From positions 1 to 45,207 of the forward strand of contig JAGGZE010000090.1 of NCBI GenBank assembly GCA_021162205.1: a stretch of 45,207 nucleotides of DNA, read 5' to 3'. Source of the stretch: a bacterium. GTDB lineage: Bacteria > UBP14 > UBA6098 > B30-G16. A program made the translations under genes and the position numbers. This document shows, in pieces, positions 37,470-45,207 of the stretch. The first letter of the stretch is position 1. Each line of letters starts with the position of its first letter. Below the pieces are notes generated by a model. It was given only the letters and a program-made list of their open reading frames with translations. It did not search any database and was not told where the DNA came from.

Positions 37470-38921
37470 ATGTCACAAATGAAATATATAATCGCAGCTG
37501 TCATTTTACTTATGTTAGCTATGGTTTTGGGTGAATCTAACGGATTGGGTTTCATTCCGCAGAAATTTCCAGATTCACTTGTGAACCAAGAACTTCCGCT
37601 ATTATATCGAACTGTTACTTTGCCAGACCATTTCGATTGGCGCAGTGTCGGCGGAGTAAATTATATTACATCGGTCAAAAATCAAGGCACTTGCGGTTCC
37701 TGCTGGGCGTTCGCAGCACTCGCTCAATTCGAATCTGCTGTCAGAATATATTCTAATTATCCATTGATTCCAATAGACTTCTCGGAACAGGAACTCGTTT
37801 CCTGCCATCCCGATTACTATGGATGTTATGGTGGTAATTTCCCGACAGATTATCTCGAACAAAACGGTATCGTCGATGAGAATTGTTTTCCTTACGATAC
37901 CTTACAGAATATTTACATATATTTTCCCTGCGATTCTATTTGCGACGATGCGAGTTATAGAAAAAATTATCGCCTCGATGTCGATATAGTAAATACTCAT
38001 TTCAATATTCAGACGATAAAGGAAGCGATATATGTCAGCCCGATGTTTTTAGGAATGGATGCCTTATCGTCGTTTGCCAGTCTCGGCACTGTTTCATCCG
38101 ATTATATTTGGCTTCCCGATTCGACGGATTCTAACGAAACCAGTGTCGGCGGACATGCTCTGTTGTGTATCGGATGGGATGACAGCTTGCAATACTTGAT
38201 TTTCAAAAATAGTTGGGGAACAAACTGGGGCGATTCGGGTTTCATTAAAATCGGCTACCGTGCATTCGATATGAATTTTTCTAAAAATATATGGCTTTCT
38301 CCCAATACCTATGAAACATACATTTTCCCTGTGAATAAAATTTCTGCGAAACTAATCGAAAACTGGGTAATCGGAGAAAATATTATAAAATCTGAAACAT
38401 CGTTTGTGCCTATATCTGTTTCAGATTCGACTGAAATCGTATCGAATAGGTTCTTTGCATCGACAGGACAATGGTATATGGTGCAAAATTGGAACTATAC
38501 AAAGGATTTAATCGATACTATATTGTTTCAAAATGGCGATGGCAACACACTTTCTGTGATATACGATTCTCCGATGGAAATAAATTGGGAATGCGCCGAG
38601 ACCACCGCTGTTGCGACAGAATGCCTTTCAAATGAAAATATTATCGCATATCCAAATCCGTTCATTCTCGGCGAGGATAATATCACTATTTCATTCAAAC
38701 TATGCCAAAGCGGTATTGTTGGAGTAAAAATTTTCGATGTAGGATACAATCTTGTGAACGATATTGTGTCGGGCGAAAATCATCAGGCAGAAAGTGTAAA
38801 TATTTTGTGGGATGGTAAGGACCAGCGAGGTAAATTTGTTGCTCCCGGTGTCTATTTTGTCGTAATCGAAAGCACTATGGGCGAACACGGAGTCGCAAAA
38901 ATCGTGGCGAGGCGAAAATGA
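37470..38921 (+). CDS. Secreted papain-like C1 cysteine peptidase with FlgD/T9SS-like C-terminal domain
   Basis: LPDHFDWR, KNQGTCGSCWAF, GGHAL, KNSWGTNWGDSG; tail AYPNPF...WDGKDQRG...PGVYF. Confidence 0.92.
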   Translation: MSQMKYIIAAVILLMLAMVLGESNGLGFIPQKFPDSLVNQELPLLYRTVTLPDHFDWRSVGGVNYITSVKNQGTCGSCWAFAALAQFESAVRIYSNYPLIPIDFSEQELVSCHPDYYGCYGGNFPTDYLEQNGIVDENCFPYDTLQNIYIYFPCDSICDDASYRKNYRLDVDIVNTHFNIQTIKEAIYVSPMFLGMDALSSFASLGTVSSDYIWLPDSTDSNETSVGGHALLCIGWDDSLQYLIFKNSWGTNWGDSGFIKIGYRAFDMNFSKNIWLSPNTYETYIFPVNKISAKLIENWVIGENIIKSETSFVPISVSDSTEIVSNRFFASTGQWYMVQNWNYTKDLIDTILFQNGDGNTLSVIYDSPMEINWECAETTAVATECLSNENIIAYPNPFILGEDNITISFKLCQSGIVGVKIFDVGYNLVNDIVSGENHQAESVNILWDGKDQRGKFVAPGVYFVVIESTMGEHGVAKIVARRK

Positions 38922-39895
38922 AAAATTTTCATAATACATTTTTCTGTATAGGGGTAATTATTTTAACGATGGCAATGTTTTCATCGGCATACTGCACTGT
39001 CCCCGGCGGCGATGCAGGTGTATTTCTCGAACTGCCACCATCGATATCATCGGCGGCATTCGCGGGAGCTTGCTATACTTTTAATCCCGAACCCGATGCA
39101 ATTTTTATCAATCCCGCAAATCTATATAATTCGCAAGCTATTTGTGCTGGTGCATCTTTTGAAAGTTATCCGCTTTCGGTGCAAAGGTATTCCATTGCTG
39201 GAATTATCCCGTGGAGAAATTTCAGAATCGGTGCTGGAATGCTGCAGCATTCGATAGGCGAGATAACAGGCAGAGACGATGTCGGCAATTTAACATCGAC
39301 ATTCGGATATAATTATATAGCATATTCATTCGGTGGAACTTATGGAATTTCACGCGGCAAGATGAAAGATGCCTGCAAAAGTCCTTTCTATGAATTTTCC
39401 GCTGGGTTCGCAAGCAAATTGCTCACTCAATACGAAGCCGATTCGATTGCCGGCACAGGATATACTTTCGATATGGGTGTTTCAGGAAAATATACATTCA
39501 TTCGATATGGTTTGCTTCTGCGGAATGTAACGAGTCGAATTATCTGGAAAGACGCTGCTGAAACCAAAAATTCACTGCCGACTTCGATTATTATGGGAAT
39601 CGGTTTCGAATATTGTGCATCGAACTGGTTCGAACTATCTGTCGAAAATAAAGTCGCAGATAGATTCCATTTCCGCGCAGGTGGACAATATCTTGCGAAC
39701 GATTGGGCAGGTTTCCGAGCGGGACTCGATTTCCAGACAGGTTCGCCGACACCATCGAATGAGTGGAAATTAGCATTAGGTGGAGTATTCTATCGAAAAT
39801 TTGTCCTGCCATTAGAGATTTCCTATTCGATGCAATATATTGCTGCAATCGATGGCTTCTCATTAGGCATCGGGCTGAATTGGAATACTTTCTAA
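38918..39895 (+). CDS. PorV/PorQ-like outer membrane beta-barrel
   Basis: GVFLEL, AIFINPANL, GRDDVGNLTSTF, FDMG, amphipathic strands and terminal Phe; ATGA-coupled to the peptidase gene. Confidence 0.78.
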   Translation: MKNFHNTFFCIGVIILTMAMFSSAYCTVPGGDAGVFLELPPSISSAAFAGACYTFNPEPDAIFINPANLYNSQAICAGASFESYPLSVQRYSIAGIIPWRNFRIGAGMLQHSIGEITGRDDVGNLTSTFGYNYIAYSFGGTYGISRGKMKDACKSPFYEFSAGFASKLLTQYEADSIAGTGYTFDMGVSGKYTFIRYGLLLRNVTSRIIWKDAAETKNSLPTSIIMGIGFEYCASNWFELSVENKVADRFHFRAGGQYLANDWAGFRAGLDFQTGSPTPSNEWKLALGGVFYRKFVLPLEISYSMQYIAAIDGFSLGIGLNWNTF

Positions 39896-39931
39896 TTTAG
39901 CTTAAATATTTATAATTAGAAAAGATTATTT

Positions 39932-40135
39932 ATGAAAGCATTAAATCTCGTTTTTGGGATAGTCTTAACCTTAATATCGCTGAATTATTGGATAACAGTC
40001 GGTGCTTCATCAAAAATATCGAATGTTCCAATTTTTTATGAATTCACATTTAAGCTATTTCCATATATGGATGTTATTATTACTATCATTGCAATATGGC
40101 TCGTAATAAAAGGTGTCAAAGATATTATTAAATAG
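39932..40135 (+). CDS. Small two-TM membrane protein
   Basis: 67 aa with two hydrophobic helices. Confidence 0.55.
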   Translation: MKALNLVFGIVLTLISLNYWITVGASSKISNVPIFYEFTFKLFPYMDVIITIIAIWLVIKGVKDIIK

Positions 40136-40210
40136 CGATAATACCGAATAAATCCGCTGTCTCTCTGCAATCGATAAAAAATCGATTATCGAATTTATAA
40201 AAAAAATGAT

Positions 40211-40238
40211 TTGACACTCGAAATCATTCCAATAAATT
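40211..40238 (+). promoter_or_regulatory. tRNA promoter
   Basis: TTGACA-N16-TAAATT, ending 15 nt before the tRNA. Confidence 0.65.
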
Positions 40239-40253
40239 GTTATGAAATTGAAT

Positions 40254-40328
40254 GGTGGGTGTAGCTCAATTGGTTAGAGTGCTGGACTGTGGATCCGGAG
40301 GTTGGCGGTTCGACCCCGCTCACCCACC
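40254..40328 (+). tRNA. tRNA-His (GTG)
   Basis: G-1, acceptor GTGGGTG/CACCCAC, D arm GCTC/GAGT, anticodon arm CTGGA-CTGTGGA-TCCGG, T loop TTCGACC, discriminator C; CCA not fully encoded (CCT follows). Confidence 0.96.
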
Positions 40329-40333
40329 CCTTC

Positions 40334-40419
40334 CAGGCATTCGCCTGTTTTTATCGTGCAACTTTCCTTTCACCAGAGTGAAATTCCCTGTTGCACCCGA
40401 TTAACCAAAATAATATTTC
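40334..40419 (+). repeat. Dispersed structured repeat copy directly after the tRNA
   Basis: CAGGC-ATTC-GCCTG, TTTTTATC, GTGCAAC-TTTCC-TTTCAC-CAGA-GTGAAA-TTCCCT-GTTGCAC, then tail CCGATTAACCAAAATAATATTTC. Confidence 0.85.
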
Positions 40420-40439
40420 AACCAATTGAAAAGCACCGT

Positions 40440-40465
40440 GTAGGGGCGTATCGAATACGCTCCTA
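40440..40465 (+). repeat. GTAG-type REP-like palindrome
   Basis: GTAGGGGCGTATCGAATACGCTCCTA. Confidence 0.75.
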
Positions 40466-40560
40466 AGAAGAACCGAAGGTTCACCCGCAAATCGCACCCG
40501 TTCGGGTGTTTTTATCGCATTCCGCATGATATGCCTCCTGTTTGTTTATTGCGGTGTCGT

Positions 40561-40590
40561 TGTAAGGGTTCAAAATTTTGAACCCCTACA
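40561..40590. repeat. REP-like palindrome
   Basis: TGTAAGGGTTCAAAATTTTGAACCCCTACA; near-perfect inverted repeat with a GTAG end on the minus strand. Confidence 0.75.
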
Positions 40591-40659
40591 ATCAATTGTT
40601 TTTCTCTATCTTTCATAATTCCAACAAATTACATTTTCTAACCCATTATTTTGCCTTGA

Positions 40660-40848
40660 TTTCTTAGGAAATTGCCTTGCTTTCCCTGTCATTTGTTGAC
40701 ATTTCCTTATATTTTGCGATAATTTCCTTAGAAATTGCCTCGCTTTCCATGGAAATATGTTCCGTCTGCTTGGAAATTGCAATAATTTCCATAGAAATCA
40801 TTTCAGTTTCCATGGAAATTATTCTAATTCCCTTGGAAATCTAAACAA
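40660..40848. repeat. 21-bp periodic tandem array (9 units) with conserved core and variable 8-nt spacers
   Basis: Units start at 40660, 40681, 40702, 40723, 40744, 40765, 40786, 40807 and 40828; consensus TTTCCWTRGAAAT-N8. Confidence 0.85.
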
Positions 40849-40908
40849 AATAGTGACCCTTTCCTGTGAACAAGGGATAGATACCCCTTGTTCAGATATG
40901 GTTCGGCG

Positions 40909-41066
40909 ACAGGCGTTCGCCTGTTTTCTTCGCATTGCTTTTCTTCCGACAAAGTCGAAATTCATTGCAACGCCTGATTAATCAAAATAATATTTCACCA
41001 CCTTTCAGGTGTTTTCTTTGTGCAACTTTTCTGACAACCGAGTTGTCGCACCTGATTGATCAAAAT
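40909..41066 (+). repeat. Two tandem copies of the dispersed structured repeat
   Basis: 40909-40996: ACAGGC-GTTC-GCCTGT..GCATTGC-TTTTC-TTCCGAC-AAA-GTCGAAA-TTCATT-GCAACGC-CTGATTAATCAAAATAA. 40999-41066: CACCT-TTC-AGGTG..GTGCAAC..GACAAC-CGA-GTTGTC-GCAC-CTGATTGATCAAAAT, with a partial deletion. Confidence 0.82.
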
Positions 41067-41272
41067 TTCTCGGCGACAATGAATTTCACTCTTCTGAAAG
41101 ACCCCGATTTTATCGGGATTAAGAAAAAAGTCGCCCATAGAAAGAACCGAAGGTTCCCTGATATATTTTGTGAAATCTCACTATTGAAATTAAAAATAAT
41201 TTTGAAATATGTGAAAATATTGCAATAATGAGCATATCAATAATTTTTGGAATATCTTTTTTCGATTCGATT

Positions 41273-42946
41273 ATGAAAGTTAAAGTTGCAAAAAGTGCGG
41301 GATTTTGTGTCGGTGTGAAACGAGCTGTCGAGCTTGTTCTTCGCATTGCCGACGAACATCGCAACCGCAGGATTTTCACTTATGGTCCGCTGATTCACAA
41401 TCCTCAAACTATCGAGATGCTTACCGAAAAGGGAATTACACTTCTCGAACCTGAAAATCGTGGAAACGAGGGCGATATTGTCGTTATTCGTTCACATGGA
41501 GTATCTCCCGATGTAATAGGGCGATTGAAACATGATGGATACAGCATTTTCGATGCCACTTGTCCCAAAGTCGCTTTCGTTCACAAATTGGCGAAAAAAT
41601 ATTCCAGCGATGGTTATGCGATAATAATTATCGGCGATAAAAATCATTCCGAAGTAATCGGTATCGAGGGCGAGGTGTTAGGTGATGCTGCGGTTGTGAA
41701 TTCGCCCGAACAGGTAAAAAAATTACCCGATTGGGAAAAAGTTGCGGTTGTTGTCCAAACCACTATGGACAGACAGACTTTTGAAAATGTAATCGAGGCG
41801 ATAAAAAATAAATTCGATGAAGTCGTTATAAACAACACACTTTGTTCGGAAACCGCATATCGTCAGGATGAAATCGTCGAACTCGCAAAAGAATCTGGTG
41901 CGTTCGTTGTAATCGGTGGGAAAAACAGTGCCAACACAAAGCGTTTATACCAGCTTGCATCCCAAACAGGTCTACCGACATTTTGGGTCGAGACAGTGGA
42001 TGAGCTTAATCAAGATGATTTCGAGCAAATCGAGCAGGTTGCAGTAGTCGCCGGTGCATCGACTCCACACTGGATTATCGACAGGGTTGTCGAAAAACTC
42101 GAATCGATGAACCGAAATTTTTTGCCACCCTGGCGATGGCAATGGATGAAATATTTGGCTTATGTGATTTTGCGAAGTAATTTTTGGGCATCGTTCGCCG
42201 CAGGTTGTTTCGCCGCTGTGATTGCCGCACAACTAAACATTCGATTTCCAGTATTGAATGGATTAACTATTATTTTTATACTTTTTAGCGTCCTCAATGT
42301 ATATGAATACAAAGAATGGCAGGGATTGGCGCTTATGGACCCATCTAAAGTTCGATTTGTCAGAAATTCGAGAAAAATTTTGAATCCACTCTCTATTATT
42401 TCGTTTGCAACCGCTTTGATAATGTCGTTTTCCCTGAATAAATTTCTCGGTGCGACTGCAATTGCCATTATAATATTAACATTTGCTTATTGGAAAATTC
42501 CAATTCTTGAAACCATTTTCCCAGCATTCATCAAGGACAGCGCTATTTTAGGTTTATGGATTGTTCTCATCTGGGCTTATGGATGCAATTGGAATTTGAA
42601 TTTGCTTATTCCACTGACGATGTTCGGTGTTCTTCGAGGACTTACGATGGGATTGAAAGAGTTGGAAACCGATAGAATTCTTCAGCGAAAATCGATAACT
42701 TCAGCACTCGGAGAAAAAACATCGGTTTTCTTAGGACTCGTTCCATTATTCGTCTGTATTTTCACTTTGATTATATCGAAAAGTGCGAGTAATTTCATCG
42801 GGATAATTCTCGGTTCGGTTTCGATGTGGTTTCTCGCTATACTGGTCGGATTCCGAATAATCCGCAAGGGCAGTTATGTCGAATTTTTGGCCGACTCGAT
42901 AGTTCTAATATTTTCGATTGTTCAGTGGTTCAAAGTATTCTCATAA
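41273..42946 (+). CDS. ispH: 4-hydroxy-3-methylbut-2-enyl diphosphate reductase fused to a UbiA-like membrane domain
   Basis: GFCVGVKRA, LIHNPQ, IRSHG, DATCPKV, VQTT, NTLCSET, GGKNSANT, GASTP, then about 270 aa of multi-TM domain. Confidence 0.9.
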   Translation: MKVKVAKSAGFCVGVKRAVELVLRIADEHRNRRIFTYGPLIHNPQTIEMLTEKGITLLEPENRGNEGDIVVIRSHGVSPDVIGRLKHDGYSIFDATCPKVAFVHKLAKKYSSDGYAIIIIGDKNHSEVIGIEGEVLGDAAVVNSPEQVKKLPDWEKVAVVVQTTMDRQTFENVIEAIKNKFDEVVINNTLCSETAYRQDEIVELAKESGAFVVIGGKNSANTKRLYQLASQTGLPTFWVETVDELNQDDFEQIEQVAVVAGASTPHWIIDRVVEKLESMNRNFLPPWRWQWMKYLAYVILRSNFWASFAAGCFAAVIAAQLNIRFPVLNGLTIIFILFSVLNVYEYKEWQGLALMDPSKVRFVRNSRKILNPLSIISFATALIMSFSLNKFLGATAIAIIILTFAYWKIPILETIFPAFIKDSAILGLWIVLIWAYGCNWNLNLLIPLTMFGVLRGLTMGLKELETDRILQRKSITSALGEKTSVFLGLVPLFVCIFTLIISKSASNFIGIILGSVSMWFLAILVGFRIIRKGSYVEFLADSIVLIFSIVQWFKVFS

Positions 42947-43730
42947 AACCATCGAGTGCCGTTGCAAGTTTTTTCGATGCAATTTTAGCAGAATCGAGAA
43001 CTTCTGCGTGATTCGAATGCGCACCCGATTTATTCGTAACCAATGCTACTCCGACACATCGAATTCCTGCCGAGTTCGCTGCGGTAACATCGGGTGCCAT
43101 AGACATAGACACGATATCTGCACCGGCAATTCCGAGCATATTCACGGTGGCGAGTGTTTCGTAAGTCGGTCCAGTTAAAAATGCAGCGATACCAGTTTTT
43201 ATATAAATTCCACTTTTTTCGCCAGCAGAGATAATCATCTTGCCGATTTTATCATCGAATGGATGAAATTTTTTCGATTCGACCGTGCAAAGTTGAGAAT
43301 ATTTCGCTGTCCATATTCCGCCGAGCGAGATAATATCTTTCAACAGCACGAGGTCGCCGGGTTCGATATTGTCGCTAACCGCTCCCATCGACGATGTGAA
43401 AACACCGATTTGTGCACCGATTTCAGCCATAACCTTGGATATGAATAGTGCTTCCTCGACACTGCCCTCGTAAATATGTTTTCGCCCGAAAATCAGATAT
43501 AATGGTATTTTGCCATCGAATTTGCCATAAACTATTTTCCCATTATGACCTTTGACAGTCGGGGTAGGAAAATTTGGGATTTCACCGAAAGAAATATTTT
43601 TAACATTTCGACAATCAGCAGTCATCGAGCGTAAATCGACTCCCGAACCGAGGACAAAAAATATCTTCGGTCTGCCGAATTTATTCGCAAGAAAATCTGC
43701 GGTTTCTTTAACCGAACCATCGTTTAGCAT
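42930..43730 (-). CDS. punA: Purine nucleoside phosphorylase (trimeric PNP family)
   Basis: VLGSG, IPNFPTPTVKGHNG, GRKHIYEG, GPTYET, VSMSM, LVTN. Confidence 0.85.
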   Translation of the reverse strand: MLNDGSVKETADFLANKFGRPKIFFVLGSGVDLRSMTADCRNVKNISFGEIPNFPTPTVKGHNGKIVYGKFDGKIPLYLIFGRKHIYEGSVEEALFISKVMAEIGAQIGVFTSSMGAVSDNIEPGDLVLLKDIISLGGIWTAKYSQLCTVESKKFHPFDDKIGKMIISAGEKSGIYIKTGIAAFLTGPTYETLATVNMLGIAGADIVSMSMAPDVTAANSAGIRCVGVALVTNKSGAHSNHAEVLDSAKIASKKLATALDGFMRIL

Positions 43731-43750
43731 ATTCGATTCCTTTGAAAAAT

Positions 43751-44956
43751 TTATGCACCGAATTTTTTCAATTTACCAGCGTCAGCCATCATCAAAAGGA
43801 TTATAGCTTCGGCTGGGATATGCCCGATTATTCCCTTTGCACACTCGCGCTCTGAAAAAGTTTTCGCATCGTCGGCAAATGTATATTTCCCTTTCAAAAG
43901 CAACGGCACAGGATGCCAGCTATGAGATTTATGAACCGATGGCGTGCAATGGTCTCCTGTAATAGCGATTACATCGGGTTTCAAATCGAGCAGCATCGGC
44001 AATTTCTCATCGACCTCCTCGATTTTACGAACCTTGCCATCGAAATTGCCATCTTCACCATAAGAATCGGTTTTTTTGATATGCACAAAAAAGAAATCGT
44101 AATCGTTCCAAACTTTTTTCACCGTCTCGAATTCGTCCTCGGTAGTTTCGCCGGGCAATTGTGGAGTATCCATTCCGACTATTTTCGCTAGCCCACGATA
44201 CATCGGATACACAGCGATACATACAGCGCGCATTCCATATTTTTCTGTCGATGTTTTAATGTCGGCGAGTTTTGAATATCCCCGCAGAAGCACAGTATTT
44301 GCGGGATATTCTTCGGCGAGAATTTCTGTCGCCATCTCGATGAATTTATTCACTATTCGAGCAGTTTTCTCGGCGATTGGAGAAAGTGGCATCGCCTTTA
44401 TAGGTCGTTTCCCAATTGTCTGAGGGTCTGCATCGGATATCATTGCAGAAAGAGCATCCCCGCGCAAAACAACAGCGAACCTATATTCACGCCCGGCTTT
44501 AATATCGATTTTTATATCCTCGATTTGCTGAATTTTATTTTTTAATTTTTCCACAAGTTCTTTGCATTTGTCGGTTGAAATTCTTCCTGCGCGGCGGTCT
44601 GTGATAATACCATTCTCCATTGTGCAGAAATTCCCGCGCATAGCGAGGTCACCTGGATTGACTTCCATATCTACACCGAATGCCTCGAGTATCCCGCGCC
44701 CGATTTGATATTTAATCGGATTGTATCCAAAAAGTCCGAGATGACCAGGTCCGCTGCCAGGAGTAATTCCATATCCCACAGGACGATGCAGTCCCGCCGA
44801 ACCAGATGAAATCAGCGCATCCATATTGGGTGTTCGAGCTACCTCGAGTTCGGTAACTCCATCTGCATTCGTCGTTCCTCCAAGACCATCGAGAACGAGG
44901 AGAACGAGTTTAGTATTGTTCGTGTTTATCAATTGTGGTAAAATTTCCTCATACAT
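43751..44956 (-). CDS. apgM: 2,3-bisphosphoglycerate-independent phosphoglycerate mutase (ApgM type)
   Basis: LLVLDGLG, TPNMD, PGSGPGHL, GRGILEA, DRRAGRI, TDSYGEDG, TGDHCTP, HSWHPVP; AAGGAGG SD. Confidence 0.95.
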   Translation of the reverse strand: MYEEILPQLINTNNTKLVLLVLDGLGGTTNADGVTELEVARTPNMDALISSGSAGLHRPVGYGITPGSGPGHLGLFGYNPIKYQIGRGILEAFGVDMEVNPGDLAMRGNFCTMENGIITDRRAGRISTDKCKELVEKLKNKIQQIEDIKIDIKAGREYRFAVVLRGDALSAMISDADPQTIGKRPIKAMPLSPIAEKTARIVNKFIEMATEILAEEYPANTVLLRGYSKLADIKTSTEKYGMRAVCIAVYPMYRGLAKIVGMDTPQLPGETTEDEFETVKKVWNDYDFFFVHIKKTDSYGEDGNFDGKVRKIEEVDEKLPMLLDLKPDVIAITGDHCTPSVHKSHSWHPVPLLLKGKYTFADDAKTFSERECAKGIIGHIPAEAIILLMMADAGKLKKFGA

Positions 44957-45207
44957 TTTATTCCTCCTTTTTATTCTAATTTAAGTCTTCTATAAAAATT
45001 ATAACTTATTGTGTTTCATAATATTATGATAATAATATTCTTTACTTTTCCTCATGGCTTGCTACGGTGTCGGTCGAGATGGTTATTCTCGTCGAGCTAT
45101 GCTTAGCATTTATCGTGAAAAATCTCGAATAAATCAAAAGGCACCGTTTCACTAAACACATTTATAATCGATTCCAAGCCGGTAATGGCTGCAACGCAGG
45201 AGAACAA

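Noticed and set aside
40254-40328. tRNA-His as the attachment site of an integrated element
   Set aside because: No duplicated tRNA 3' end and no integrase found in the window.
40334-40396. Dispersed element as an integron attC site (AAC...GTT core with 5- and 6-nt unpaired spacers)
   Set aside because: AAC/GTT is not kept in other copies (GAC/GTC, TGC/GCA, GAA/TTC), no extrahelical bases are evident, flanking genes include core genes, and no intI is present.
40660-40848. CRISPR array
   Set aside because: The 13-bp degenerate core and 8-nt spacers are far too short, and no cas genes are present.
41228-41272. Longer N-termini given by the ORF track for ispH (also sppA, plsC, rpoD and the 6374 gene)
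   Set aside because: Family N-termini and/or SD positions favour the downstream starts used above.
45054-45207. Gene or ncRNA at the window end
   Set aside because: Only short frames on both strands; nothing recognisable without further sequence.

Overview
A 45.2-kb AT-rich bacterial chromosomal segment made mostly of housekeeping and envelope genes. These include V-ATPase subunit D, a lipoate ligase fusion, a LipS2-like radical SAM enzyme, SppA, PlsC, a short RpoD-family sigma factor, CinA, an NSS transporter, RmuC, NadD, tRNA-His, an IspH-membrane domain fusion, PNP and ApgM. Three secreted proteins end in FlgD/T9SS-like C-terminal domains and one is paired with a PorV-like barrel, which suggests an FCB-group or candidate-phylum organism (inference). 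A small accessory island (about 26.5-29.2 kb) holds hicBA, a RelE-type TA pair and a HEPN-motif gene; two of its three modules share a duplicated promoter block. The least explained signals are non-coding. First, a dispersed 60-90 bp structured element occurs at least 8 times, with co-varying stems and a conserved 5x6 internal loop. Second, a 21-bp-periodic array of palindromic TTTCCWTRGAAAT cores lies downstream of tRNA-His. Third, there are REP-like palindrome mosaics, recurrent 16-bp promoter spacers and strong apparent GATC avoidance. No CRISPR array, integrase or intact transposase was seen. All family assignments are from motif recognition by eye, not database searches.
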